This document shows, in pieces, positions 39,480 to 51,242 of a stretch of 64,000 nt of DNA; the stretch's first letter is position 1; each line of letters starts with the position of its first letter. The notes under the pieces were generated by a model. That model was not told where the DNA came from and did no database searches. It saw nothing but the letters and a program-made list of their open reading frames with translations. Made by a program: the position numbers and the translations under genes. The stretch is taken from assembly GCA_950097015.1 (NCBI GenBank), contig CATNEN010000008.1, forward strand, positions 4,526,001 through 4,590,000. Direction: 5' to 3'. The stretch comes from Macrostomum hystrix. Its lineage: Eukaryota; Animalia; Platyhelminthes.

Positions 39480-39815
39480 GGGCTGGGTCAGAATGGGATG
39501 GGTCAGGGTGGGGTGGGTCAGGGTTGGTTAGTTTTGGGTTAGATCGGGGTAGGTCAGAATAGGTCAGGTTGGCCAGGATAGGTCAGAGTGGGTCAGAAGG
39601 TCAGGGTGGGTCAGGTAAGGATAGGTCAGGGTGGGACAGGGTGGGACAGAGTGGGACAGGGTGGGACAGAGTGGGACAGGGTGGGTCAGGGTGGGTCAGG
39701 GTGGGTCAGGGTGGGTCAGGTAAGGATAGGTCAAGGTAGGTGAGGATAGGTCAGGGTAGGTCAGGATAGGTCAGGATAGGTCAGGGTGGGACAGGGTGGG
39801 TCATGGTGGGTCAGG
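39480..39815. repeat. G-rich GGTCAGGGTG/GGATAGGTCA repeat in the ISCU intron
   Basis: Direct reading. Confidence 0.9.
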
Positions 39816-39837
39816 CCGCATAGCTCCCAGTACTCAC

Positions 39838-40237
39838 TGGAGCAGTGCAGTTTAACAGGCGGCAGGCGCAGCTCCTTGGCGATGTCGGAGTTGCGAATTC
39901 CGGCGGCCTCGTCAACAGACTTGCCCTTGACCCACTCGGTGGCCAGGCTGCTGCTGGCGATGGCGGAGCCGCAGCCGAAAGTCTTGAACTTGGCGTCAAC
40001 AATCTTGCCGTTCTCGTCCACTTCAATCTGCAGCTTCATGACATCGCCGCAGGCGGGCGCGCCGACCAGGCCGGTGCCAACCCGCTTGCTGGCCTTGTCC
40101 AGGGAGCCGACATTGCGCGGATTCTCGTAGTGATCCAGCACGTTCTTGTGGTAGGCAGCGGCCGACTGGGTGATGCGCAGCTGCTTGACTGCGGCGGCGC
40201 GACCAGGCGACAGGGCGCGGAAGAGAGCGCTGGACAT
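39838..40237 (-). CDS. ISCU: ISCU exon 1, mitochondrial Fe-S cluster scaffold
   Basis: Basic N-terminal presequence, YHKNVLDHYENPRNVG, GAPACGDVMKLQI, FKTFGCGSAIASSS, LPPVKLHCS; donor gtgagt, phase 1. Confidence 0.97.
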
Positions 40238-40289
40238 TGTAGACAGCGGCTTTGGTTGCTTCTCTTCGAAAGTAGTTCGCTTTTAAAAT

Positions 40290-40372
40290 ATTGGCAGGCT
40301 TTTTAGAAAAGCAGTGCGCTGCAAGGATTGGGTGGCCAATCTATCAATTCAGATGGCAGCATTCGGCATTGG
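40290..40372 (-). promoter_or_regulatory. Compact ISCU promoter candidate with four CCAAT/ATTGG boxes
   Basis: ATTGG at 40290, 40327 and 40368, CCAAT at 40336. Confidence 0.45.
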
Positions 40373-40374
40373 TG

Positions 40375-41635
40375 TGGGGTTCTAAGATATGGGGTGTGGG
40401 ATTCTAGAATATGGGGTGTGGGATTCTAGAATATGGGGTGTGGGATTCTAGAATATGGGGTGTGGGATTCTAAACATAGGGTGTGGGATTTTAAGATATG
40501 GGGAGTGGGATTCTAAAATATGGGGTGTGGGATTATAATATGGAGTGTGGGATTATGTAGTATCTGGAGTGGGTTTTTGTAATATGGTGTGGGTTTTTGT
40601 AATATGGGTGTGGGTTTCTGTAATATGGGTGTGGGTTTCTGAAATATGGGTGTGGGTTTCTGTAATATGGGTGTGGGTTTCTGTAATATGTGTGTGGGTT
40701 TCTGAAATATGGGTGTGGTTTTCTTAAATATGGGTGTGGGTTTCTGTAGTATGGGTGTGGGTTTCTGAAATATGGGTGTGGGTTTCTGTAATATGGGGTG
40801 TGGGTTTCTGAAATATGGGGCGTGGGTTTCTGAAATATGGGGTGTGGGTTTCTGAAATATGGGTGTGGGTTTCTGAAATATGGGTGTGGTTTTCTTAAAT
40901 ATGGGTGTGGGTTTCTGTAGTATGGGTGTGGGTTTCTGTAATATGGGTGTGGGTTTCTGAAATATGGGTGTGGGTTTCTGTAATATGGGGTGTGGGTTTC
41001 TGAAATATGGGGCGTGGGTTTCTGAAATATGGGGTGTGGGTTTCTGAAATATGGGTGTGGGTTTCTGTAATATGGGTGTGGGTTTCTGTAATATGGGTGT
41101 GGGTTTCTGAAATATGGGTGTGGTTTTCTTAAATATGGGTGTGGGTTTCTGTAGTATGGGTGTGGGTTTCTAAAATATGGGGTGTGGGTTTCTGAAATAT
41201 GGGGTGTGGGCTTCTGTAATATGGGTGTGGGTTTCTGAAATATGGTTGTGGGTTTCTGAAATATGGGTGTGGGTTTCTAAAATATGGGGTGTGGGTTTCT
41301 GAAATATGGGGTGTGGGCTTCTGTAATATGGGTGTGGGTTTCTGAAATATGGTTGTGGGTTTCTGAAATATGGGTGTGGGTTTCTGTAATATGGGTGTGG
41401 GTTTCTGTAATATGGGTGTGGGTTTCTGAAATATGGGTGTGGTTTTCTTAAATATGGGTGTGGGTTTCTGTAGTATGGGTGTGGGTTTCTGTAATATGGG
41501 TGTGGGTTTCTGTAATATGGGTGTGGGTTTCTTAAATATGGGTGTGGGTTTCTGTAATATGGGTGTGGGTTTCTGTAATATGGGTGTGGGTTTCTGTAAT
41601 ATGGGGTGTGGGTTTCTGAAGTATGGGGTGTGGGA
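40375..41635. repeat. ~21-22-bp minisatellite AATATGGGTGTGGGTTTCTGT (5' units GATTCTAGAATATGGGGTGTGG)
   Basis: Direct reading. Confidence 0.95.
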
Positions 41636-42019
41636 TTAGTCGTTTTGGAATTCGTGGTGACGGGTTGGCCTAAAAATAACGGACGTTTAAGTAAAAACAT
41701 TTCATTATTATTATTTTAGTTTTTTAACTTAATTGTCTTGACAAAATGCACGAAAAATATGAAGAAAAACGAAAGAAAATGTAAATTAGACACTACAATA
41801 TTTATCCAACACCGCGTCTAATCGTTCTGAAATACAGGTGAAATAATTTACAAAAACTGAAGCTATTAACTACTATTAATAAGCGGTGCAATCGTAGGTG
41901 GCAAAATTTTATGTTCAGTCAATTTATGCGAGATAAATGCTCAATGAAGATTTTACAGATATGATGTTTGAATAAATACTTTAACACTAAATACTTGTTT
42001 ACGCAATCGAAATTGTGTC

Positions 42020-42548
42020 AATCTAAACAGCCATTCACACAATATAAACAGCCATTCACACAATGCAAACAGCCATTCACACAATCTAAACAGCCATTCA
42101 CACAATGCAAACAGCCATTCACACAATCTAAACAGCCATCCACACAATGCAAACAGCCATTCACACAATCTAAACAGCCATTCACACAATCTAAACAGCC
42201 AATCACACAATGCAAACAGCCAATCACACAATGCAAACAGCCATTCACACAATCTAAACAGCCAATCACACAATGCAAACAGCCATTCACACAATCTAAA
42301 CAGCCATTCACACAATGCGAACAGCCATTCACAAAATCCAAACAGCCATTCACACAATCTAAACAGCCATTTACACAGTCCAAACAGCCATTCACACAGT
42401 CCAAACAGCCATTCACACAGTCCAAACAGCCATTCACACAGTCCAAACAGCCATTCACACAGTCCAAACAGACATTCACACAGTCCAAACAGCCATTCAC
42501 ACAGTCCAAACAGCCATTCACACAGTCCAAACAGCCATTAACACAATG
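42020..42548. repeat. 21-bp minisatellite AAACAGCCATTCACACAATCT
   Basis: Direct reading. Confidence 0.96.
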
Positions 42549-42554
42549 CATCCC

Positions 42555-43025
42555 CTAGTCCTCGAACGGCATCAGGTAGGGCGGCACCTTGAGCAGGCAG
42601 GCGCAGACGCCAGTAGTGCTGTGACCGAAGGATCCAACAGTTTCCCATTGGTGCGTATCCAGATCCAGCCTGGACACCAGCCTCTGGCCAGTCTTGGTGT
42701 GAACATTGAAGCCGCCCAGGACGTAGATGTGCCGATCGAGAGTAACTGCGCAGGCCTCCTTATGCGAGGCTGGCATGGCGGACACGATGGTCCACTGGTC
42801 CGTCTCCGTGTTGTACTGCTCGCATTGCAGCACTGGCAGAGCATTGCTGCCAGCATTCAAAGAGCAGCCGCCGCATGCGTACAGCAGGCCGCCGGCTTCC
42901 ACCAAGCAGTGCCAGCCGCGGGCGGTGTGCATGGGAGCGCATTCCTCCCAGAACTGGCTGCCTGGCCGCAGTTTCTGCACGTCCGGGTAGAAATTCTCGT
43001 TGGCGTAGCCGCCAGAGATGTACAT
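42555..43025 (-). CDS. Kelch-like gene exon 5 (Kelch repeats 4-6)
   Basis: MYISGG...[13 protein letters not shown]...LYACGG...[12 protein letters not shown]...IYVLGGF...W. Confidence 0.93.
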   Translation of the reverse strand: MYISGGYANENFYPDVQKLRPGSQFWEECAPMHTARGWHCLVEAGGLLYACGGCSLNAGSNALPVLQCEQYNTETDQWTIVSAMPASHKEACAVTLDRHIYVLGGFNVHTKTGQRLVSRLDLDTHQWETVGSFGHSTTGVCACLLKVPPYLMPFED

Positions 43026-43064
43026 CTGGCAGTGTGCGGAGCAGGAAAGAGAAGGTGATATGAC

Positions 43065-43772
43065 TCAGGATGCTCAGTGCTACCTTCCAAAACTTCAGGA
43101 TGCTCAGTGCTACCTTCCAAAACTTCAGGATGCTTAGTGCTACCCTCGAAAACTTCAGGATGCTGAGTGCTACCCTCCAAACTTCAGGATGCTGAGTGCT
43201 ACCCTCCAAACTTCAGGATGCTGAGTGCTACCCTCCAAACTTCAGGATGCTGAGTGCTACCCTCCAAACTTCAGGATGCTGAGTGCTACCCTCCAAACTT
43301 CAGGATGCTGAGTGCTACCCTCGAAAACTTCAGGATGCTTAGTGCTACCATCCAAACTTCAGGATGCTGAGTGCTACCCTCCAAACTTCAGGATGCTGAG
43401 TGCTACCCTCCAAACTTCAGGATGCTGAGTGCTACCCTCCAAACTTCAGGATGCTGAGTGCTACCCTCCAAACTTCAGGATGCTGAGTGCTACCCTCCAA
43501 ACTTCAGGATGCTGAGTGCTACCCTCCAAACTTCAGGATGCTGAGTGCTACCCTCCAAACTTCAGGATGCTGAGTGCTACCATCCAAACTTCAGGATGCT
43601 GAGTGCTACCTTCCAAACTTCAGGATGCTTAGTGCTACCTTCCAAAACTTCAGGATGCTGAGTGCTACCTTCCAAAACTTCAGGATGCTGAGTGCTACCT
43701 TCCAAAACTTCAGGATGCTGAGTGCTACCTTCCAAAACTTCAGGATGCTGAGTGCTACAATCCAAAACTTCA
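43065..43772. repeat. 28-29-bp minisatellite AAACTTCAGGATGCTGAGTGCTACCCTCC filling Kelch intron 4
   Basis: Direct reading. Confidence 0.96.
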
Positions 43773-43783
43773 GTACAACTCAC

Positions 43784-44374
43784 AGTGTCCTTGTGCACAG
43801 CGCCGGCATGCGAGTAGAAAGCCTGGCCCAGCGGCGGGCCCGCAGTCCAGCAGTTGGCCTCCGGGTCGTACAGCTCGCACTGCTGAAGTGCGCCCTCTTT
43901 GCGACGACCGCCGACGGCCAGAATGCGAGGCCGACGATTGATAAAAACAACGCCGGCGGCGAAGTAGGCCCTGCGCTGCTGCATGGGGGCGCACTGGTAC
44001 CAGGCGTTGAAGCGCAGATCGTAGCGACTCACGGCGTTGACAGCCGATTCGGCGTGGCCGCACTGGGTGACGCAGCCGCCCAGGACGTAGAGAAAATTGT
44101 TCAATACAACGCATTGCGCGTGACTAACCGGCGTTGGCAGCGAAGCCAACGGCTGGCGACGTACAGCGGCTGTTGAAGAGCTAGCAGAAGAAGTCGATGT
44201 TGAATTAGAAGAAGTAGGCGGTAGTAACAGGGCCGAGCAGTCCTCGGCAAGGCCGGGCGTCGGTTGCAGATCTCTGCCGCCGACGCATACAATGCGCTCT
44301 CGGTAACAGCGCAGCCACATGTCTGGCGGCGTAGCCAGCGGCTGACAGTGCGGCACCACGTGATAATTGAGCGC
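43784..44374 (-). CDS. Kelch-like gene exon 4 (Kelch repeats 1-3)
   Basis: ALNYHVVP...VVLNNFLYVLGG...SRYDLRFNAW...LAVGGR...ELYDPEANCW...YSHAGAV; phase 0-0. Confidence 0.93.
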
Positions 44375-44450
44375 CTGCGCGATTATTCAGTGAAATGTAC
44401 TTTTATTAACTATTGTACTTTTACTAACTAATGTACTTTTAATAGTGAGA

Positions 44451-44608
44451 GTCGCGGAGAGAAGGCTTGGACATTTATCGTACAATTTACGCCCTTTAGA
44501 GCCAACACCCAAGGCACTGTGAGAGTGTAGACTGCCTGACGATGAGAAAGTCAGGGCGGATGTACACACATGTGTGAGTGTGTGCTCAGGAGTCAGCGGA
44601 ATGGGCAC
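44451..44608 (+). mobile_element. SINE family A, 5'-truncated copy 3
   Basis: GCGGAGAGAAGGCTTGG...CTGCCTGACGATGAGAAAGTCAGGG...GCTCAGGAGTCAGCGGAATGGG shared with copies 1 and 2. Confidence 0.75.
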
Positions 44609-44976
44609 GATCACAAAATGTGCCTTGAAACTCAAGCGGCCAATTCGGTAGGATTAGGAAGGAATATTCATCCGTCTCAGAAATCTAAATTGATAATTTT
44701 GATTGGTATAAAATAGGTCGGATAATTAATAAATCTAAAAAACTTTTCGAAATTCAAATCGATTTTTTTGGCTGAAGTCGAAGAAACCTCATGAAACGGA
44801 TGGGTGGCCTGTTCTATTTTTAGCACAAAGCGGAAAGCCTCACAGAGTCAAACTTTTTTCAGCCAATGAGCGCTCGTGACCTTCAAACACGCGCAGCTTG
44901 CGTGCTCGCAATGTTTTAATAAAGACAAGCCAAGAAGGCGTGATGCTAACTAAAATACGAACACTAAAAAACAAAC

Positions 44977-45390
44977 CTGCAGCAACAGTCCGTGCAGTCT
45001 AGTATTAGCCATAACAGCCGGAGCCAATTGCACTTTAGCGACCAAATCCGACGGAGCAATCAGATTGTAGCGTATTTCAGTTAGCAACTGTTCCAGGCAC
45101 TGCTGCTGCTCATCTCTGGCTTCTAGCCACAATTGGACAGCTCGAAATAGGTCGATTTCTCTCAGCTGACAATGAGGCGAGCGCAGGCAGGCTAGCATGT
45201 GATCCAGGCTCAGTTGGCTAAGAGCTGGTCCATCAGCAATGGACAGCAGGTTGGCCGCTATAAATCTGTCAATCTGAGCGAGCACGCCGGACATGTTGTA
45301 AAGTCGGGCTGTGACAATAAAATCTGCGAAATTTTCCGGCGTCATTCCGCGCAGAAAGTTGCGCTCGCAGAATTCTAGAACTGGCATCAC
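44977..45390 (-). CDS. Kelch-like gene exon 3 (BACK domain)
   Basis: VMPVLEFCERNFL...ENF...ARLYNM...IDRFIAAN...LRSPH...EIDLFRAVQLWL...IRYNLI. Confidence 0.93.
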
Positions 45391-45462
45391 CTGGCAGTGT
45401 GTGATGACAGTTAAGAGAAGTGAGCCAGTGATTTTGTGAGGATCTACACAAAGAAAACTCAC

Positions 45463-45546
45463 CTGCAGGTGCGTTGCGGCAGCCAGAATGTCGAACACAT
45501 CGTCGCCCTCAATGCTGGTACTCGACGTGTAGATTATGTCCAGCAC
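45463..45546 (-). CDS. Kelch-like gene exon 2
   Basis: VLDIIYTSSTSIEGDDVFDILAAATHLQ; canonical splice sites. Confidence 0.93.
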
Positions 45547-45575
45547 CTGAAAGGAAATACGGTGTAGGAGCATTA

Positions 45576-45610
<35 letters not shown>

Positions 45611-45620
45611 ACAGACAAAC

Positions 45621-46013
45621 CTTCTCGAGTCCCCTAGCCGAGACGCCCTTGAGTTCGATCTCTCTCTGGCTGCACTCCTTCATGCCGGAAGTGAACATGC
45701 TTCGGAAGTAATCGGAGCAGGACACCAGGATGACTTTGTGCACATCGAATCGCTGACCGTCGGCCAGCAGGGTGACGTCAGTCAGGACGGATTTAGCCCG
45801 AAGCTGGCAGAGGCCCTGCAGCACCATCACAGCGTGGGCGGGATCCGGGCCTTGACCGGGTTGGAAAGCTGAGCCAGCAGACAAGGTCGCAGCGGCAGCA
45901 GGTGAGACGGTGGCCAGTGAAAGCTCTGGCGAGGCGGCCGCCGCGGCTGCGTGCTGCTCCGCAGAGGTGCCGCGGTTTCCGACGACAAAATCCCAAGCGG
46001 CAGAAGCGGACAT
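45621..46013 (-). CDS. Kelch-like (BTB-BACK-Kelch; KLHL9/13/26/36-like) exon 1, BTB domain
   Basis: LQGLCQLR...LTDVTL...FDVHKVILVSCSDYFRSMFTSGMKE...IELKGVS; five exons sum to 1953 nt (650 aa). Confidence 0.92.
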
Positions 46014-46147
46014 TGCGGCTTCTTTTCTCTAATGACACAATGAGTACACAATGAGCTGAGCTGAAAGTATGAGTCGGTATGCGATGTTAAATTATTGAGT
46101 CACAAGAAGCTAAAATGAACTAGATCGATAAAGATAATACCTAGCCC

Positions 46148-46612
46148 AGAGTGACAGACTGGAGTGAAAGATACAAATGATGAGTGACAGACTGGAGTGA
46201 AAGATACAAATGATGAGTGACAGACTGGAGTGAAAGATACAATGATGAGTGACAGACTGGAGTGAAAGATACAAAGGTGAGTGACAGACTGGAGTGAAAG
46301 ATACAAATGATGAGTGACAGACTGGAGTGAAAGATACAAAGGTGAGTGACAGACTGGAGTGAAAGATACAATGATGATTGACAGACTGGAGTGAAAGTGA
46401 CATAGGTGAGTGACAGACTGAAGTCAAAGAGACATAGGTGAGTGACAGACTGGAGTGAAAGGTACAAAGGTGAGTGACAGACTGGAGTGAAAGAATCATA
46501 CCAGAATCACAGACTGGAGTGAAAGATACAATGATGAGTAACAGATTGAAGTGAAAGAGACATAGGTGAGTGACAGACTGGAGTGAAAGATACAAATGAT
46601 GAGTGACAGACA
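46148..46612. repeat. 32-33-bp minisatellite GAGTGACAGACTGGAGTGAAAGATACAAATGAT
   Basis: Direct reading. Confidence 0.93.
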
Positions 46613-47094
46613 GATAAGAGAAAGATAAGAGTTGTGATCCAAAATTTCTAGAAAATCGATATGTAACTGACAGTTATAGACATACACTAATCGATTTGAC
46701 AAAATGACTAAACATATTAACCCGTATGATTGCAAACGCACATATGAATACAAATAAAGTAAGGTTCAAATACTGGATTTATTTCCACGCACACTCGGTA
46801 CATTAAATAAAAAAATGCATAGGCAAACCGGAGACACTTGACCCTCATTTAGTCACCAATCAAGGGAATACACAAGCTTGTCAAGTTTGACACTGCAGAT
46901 GATGTAGCAAAAACATGTTAATCATATTACATACTACTATAAGTAGGAATATACACAAATGAAACGTGCATAAAACTAAAAACATGAGTGTATCAGCAAG
47001 TACTTAATTTCTTATGGGCCAATGGCTGTCTGTTAGATCTTAGGCCGAAAAAACTGATCAAGTATCCTGGTAAACTGAATGATTTAAACACACT

Positions 47095-47585
47095 TTAAAC
47101 AAACCTAAACACACTAGATAAACAGGCCTAAACAGACTAGATAAACAGGCTTAAACACACTCGGTAAACAGGCTTAAACACACTAGATAAACAGGCCTAA
47201 ACACACTAGATAAACAGATATAAACACACTCGATAAAGCGATGTAAACACACTCGATAAACAGGCTTAAACACACTCGGTAAACAGGCCTAAACACACTC
47301 GGTAAACAGGCCTAAACACACTAGATAAACAGATCTAAACACACTCGATAAAGCGATGTAAACACACTCGATAAACAGGCCTAAACACACTAGATAAACA
47401 GGCCTAAACACACTCGGTAAACAGGCCTAAACACACTCGGTAAACAGGCTTAAACACACTCGGTAAACAGGCCTAAACACACTAGATAAACAGATCTAAA
47501 CACACTCGATAAAGCGATGTAAACACACTCGATAAACAGGCCTAAACACACTCGATAAACAGGTTTAAACACACTCGATAAATAA
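47095..47585. repeat. ~23-bp minisatellite TAAACAGGCCTAAACACACTCGA
   Basis: Direct reading. Confidence 0.9.
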
Positions 47586-47774
47586 AACAAAATACACTCA
47601 ATAAATAGACCTAAAGATTATTACTAGACCACACTAAAGAAACATAATGACAGGTTCAATTGGACCTAAAAACTCATTTAAAAAAATCATTTCACGGACA
47701 AGCTAGCGAATGTATTAATTAAACGCAGAGGGACTAGGTGTAAATACAAAAATCACTTCAATCACACAAACAAT

Positions 47775-48351
47775 TTATTCTCCCATTGACGAAGCATCCA
47801 AGCCAGGAAATGGTATCGGCCCGCTTCGCCCGTCAGCTGAATAAGGTCTAGAATAGTCCGACACGTCCAGTCCGGGACTTCGGCTGCTTCCGCTGCCCGC
47901 ATTGTCGCAGCCGTTGCGCTGGCGGCCGAATTTCCAGCTCCAGCAAGCCTCATCTAGTAGCAGAAGCAGCAATCGACCCAGAGACACTAATAGACAGAAC
48001 AGCGCCACGGATCTGTAGCCGAATAGGAAACGGTAGACTAGATAAATAGCCATCATGGCGAGCAGTGACGGATAGCCGGCCAGCCAGCGAAGGCAAATTC
48101 TAGTCCGGGGTCTGTCTGGTCCGCTGCCGTCTGGCCTGGCTGACTTGGACAGCATCGGCGCCGAGCGGTTGCCAAGGCGAGCTCGGAGTCGATCGCGCTC
48201 GCTAGACGGTCCAGTGAGCAGTAGGCGAGCTAATCTAAACCGGTTGGACAGAGATTCCAGACGGTCGGGCCCGGCTAGGTGGGTTAGCCAATCAGAGAGC
48301 TCGTTGGTCAGGACTACTAAAGTGCCGCATTCCCAGGAGCGGATTGGCTGC
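47775..48351 (-). CDS. SMPD4: SMPD4-like last exon (C-terminal TM region)
   Basis: (R)QPIRSWECGTLV resembles LQPIRSYEIASLV; CLRWLAGYPSLL resembles SLRFLGSYRTL; phase 2 acceptor fits. Confidence 0.85.
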
Positions 48352-48444
48352 CTTCAAAAGGGTGGGTGAGAATGAGAGATTTCTTTGATAGCAAAACACC
48401 GATAATTTAGAATTCATGAACACCAACCTTGGATGCCAAGAAAT

Positions 48445-48800
48445 CCATCTCGATTCCTAGAATCCCACATTGGATTCCTAGAATCCTACATTGGATTCCT
48501 AGAATCATACATTGGATTCCTAGAATCATACATTGGATTCCTAGAATCATACATTGGATTCCTAGAATCAAAAATTGGATTCCTAGAATCCCACATTGGA
48601 TTCCTAGAATCCTACATTGGATTCCTAGAATCATACATTGGATTCCTAGAATCATACATTGGATTCCTAGAATCATACATTGGATTCCTAGAATCCTACA
48701 TTGAATTCCTAGAAACCAATACTCGATTTCTAGAAACTGATACTCGATTCCTAGAAACCAATAATCGATTCCTAGAAACCAATAATCGATTCCTAGAAAT
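48445..48800. repeat. 21-bp minisatellite TTGGATTCCTAGAATCATACA in SMPD4 intron
   Basis: Direct reading. Confidence 0.94.
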
Positions 48801-48981
48801 ATAAATTTTCCATTCCTATATTCGAACATTTCATTCCTAGAAAGCAGCATTCGCTTCCTAGAAGCAAAAAATTGATTCGTAGAAATTCTTAGGTTCTGCT
48901 ACTGCCAAAGTGGATTCTTAGAAACCCATATTCTTTTTCCAGGAAAGCCAGTTAAGCCATCGACAAGCCATCGATGCCTAC

Positions 48982-49766
48982 CTATCCCAGTCGCCGGAGT
49001 AGGGCAGGTAGGCGAACCGGCGGTAGTTATTAGCCAGCTGATAGCGACCCAGCGGTGTCAGGGTGCCATCGGGGGCAACATCTGGGGCAGACACTGTAGA
49101 GTGCTGACCCATGGGCTGATGCTGCTGCAGACTAGGGGACTTCAACGATGCGGAAGAATCGTTCCAGGCGATGTTGGCTTCAACATCGGCATCGGCTTCG
49201 ACTAAAGCGTCGTCGCCTAGATCGCAGACTTCAACCAATAGGCGAGCCGAGTCAGCTAGGAAATCAACAACCCGACTAGTAACATCGTTGTTGTTATCCT
49301 CGTTGCTATAGCGACATTTTTCATCGTCAACAACGCCTAGATGCTGCTGACGAGACTCTCCACGTCCCAGTAGGCGACGCTTAGCGTCAAGGCAGGAGCG
49401 CAGTAGCTCGGCGCCGAGGCGGCCGACATCCCCCTGACGCTGCCACCACAGACTGGCAGCCGGAGCGGAAGTTGGAGCAGTCGCCGCAGTTGCTGCAGCT
49501 GCAGTCACAGAGGCACCGGAGAATGCGTCAGCTAGCAGAGGCTTGGCCCGACTGTAGACAGACAGGCAGCGGTGCAGCATGTGAGCAAAGCGGGCCACAC
49601 GCAGGTCAGCCCTGGCCAAGCGCTGCAGCAGGCTCAGCCAAAGATCTATGTAAAAATAGGCGTTGGATTCAACGAAGCCGCACCAGATGGCGCCGCTGGG
49701 CAACGGATCCACGGCTGCGGCTGCTGAAGAGGCCTGGTGCATCGGCGAGTCCAGATAGCGCCAGGG
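48982..49766 (-). CDS. SMPD4: SMPD4-like exon 5
   Basis: PWRY...FVESNAYFY...DGTLTPLGRYQLANNYRRF..YSGD; conserved SMPD4 motifs. Confidence 0.88.
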
Positions 49767-49858
49767 CTGGTGAGAGCGGAGCAGTGTTTGAGTCGGTTGG
49801 GGAAAACGGCAGCTGATGTTTAAAAATGATCGACTAAGTCTACATTAAATTAGCTCAC

Positions 49859-50137
49859 CTGTAGATAGGACAGCCAGGCCTCAAGCACGAATCTGAAGCT
49901 AGTATCGTAGGGCCACTGTTGAAAGGTGAAGTCAAAGAATGCGGCCATCCTAGGCAGCAGTTGGCGCGGCAGCCGGTCGCTCCTGTATCGATTGATGGCC
50001 AGGAGGAGCTGGTGAGTCCGAGGACTCGTGTCCGGCCTAGGCAAGCTTTTCAGATGCGCAGCGTATGAGAAATGGTGCAGAAATTTGATGGCCATGCGAA
50101 CTAGGCAAACGTGATCCGGCGTCGGCTGCAGCTCCTC
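49859..50137 (-). CDS. SMPD4: SMPD4-like exon 4
   Basis: PTPDHVCLVRMAIKFLHHF...FFDFTFQQWPYDTSFRFVLEAWLSYLQ. Confidence 0.92.
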
Positions 50138-50275
50138 CTGAGAATGGTGGGCATCGAACTCGGGACCTTTAGTGATTGACTTTATAGGGTGAGTGGCCGA
50201 AAGTAACTAAAAATAGTAAATTAACGAGTAAAAGTAACGAATAGCGCAGATTCTAACATGCAAACGCAGACTCAC

Positions 50276-51055
50276 CAGCAGATCCCTAGCCAGGCCGGAG
50301 CTCGCAGTCAGGCAGGCCGAATGGCGGCAGTCCAGGCAGCACCAGTTGAACCAGAATTCAAGCACAGACTGAATGAAACAATCCACCGGATAGGGCGGCT
50401 CGGCTGAATTCGATCGCGACGATCGGCCAATTAGCGAGGAGGCAGAGTAGCCGTAGCCGTAGCCGTAGCCGTACCCGTCCGAATCAACATTCGACGCAGA
50501 AGCAGCCGATTCTCGATCGAATAATTGCACGGAATCGGGGCTTAGCAACAGAAAGTGCTCCATATAGAGCATGAGCAGTCGGCAGTAAAGATAATCAACG
50601 GAGCCTCGCCAGTCGGGCGCACGGCAGCCCAGGTGAGCCGGATGGCCAATCAGATTGAACAGCAACAGTTCCAGAGCATTTATGCGCAGAGCGGGCGCAC
50701 CGGAGCTAGCCGGCTGTTGAATAAATCTCTGGCGAAAGAATTGCACACTATCTAGGAGGGTATTGGGCGCAGCGTCAGCCTGGACCAGGGCGCACTGGGT
50801 TCGGTGGGACAGCCGGCTGACTGGGAAGTCGTAGCGGCAGGCCTGATCCGGCAGCAGGCGGCGCAACAGGCACTGGCACAGCGGCCCAGTTGGAGCCAGG
50901 AAATTCACTATGTGGCAATACTCGCTACTAGAAGCGGAAGCATAATAGCTTGAGGAGGAAGAGTCCAGGGTAGAGCGATTGAGTAGGCGCCAATTTGAGT
51001 CGCCATCATAGCCGAAGATGTTATCTAGCAGAGTTGGCAGAGCTGCATGCACCTC
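50276..51055 (-). CDS. SMPD4: SMPD4-like exon 3
   Basis: EVHAALPTLLDNIFG...FLAPTGPL...YDFPVSRL...INALELLLF...YLYCRLLMLYMEHFL...FIQSVLEFW. Confidence 0.9.
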
Positions 51056-51152
51056 CTACAGTGAGGAAGCATTTCACAAGACTTAGGTTGGATTTGCCTA
51101 GGCAGCTGAAGCTGATTTATGTCACTGATAATTTAAAAACTAATTAACTCAC

Positions 51153-51242
51153 AAACACTGGAGCAGTCTCAAGGAAATGGGTCAACCTATCGATCTTCAC
51201 AGAGACCGACAGTTTAGGATTAGCAAACAATGTGGAGTAATC
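51153..51242 (-). CDS. SMPD4: SMPD4-like exon 2
   Basis: ttttcag/DYSTLFANPKLSVSVKIDRLTHFLETAPVF/gtgagt; phase 0-0. Confidence 0.7.

Noticed and set aside
49767-49812. Upstream acceptor (catcag, 49813) for SMPD4 exon 5
   Set aside because: Out of frame; the acceptor at 49767 restores the conserved LQPWRY
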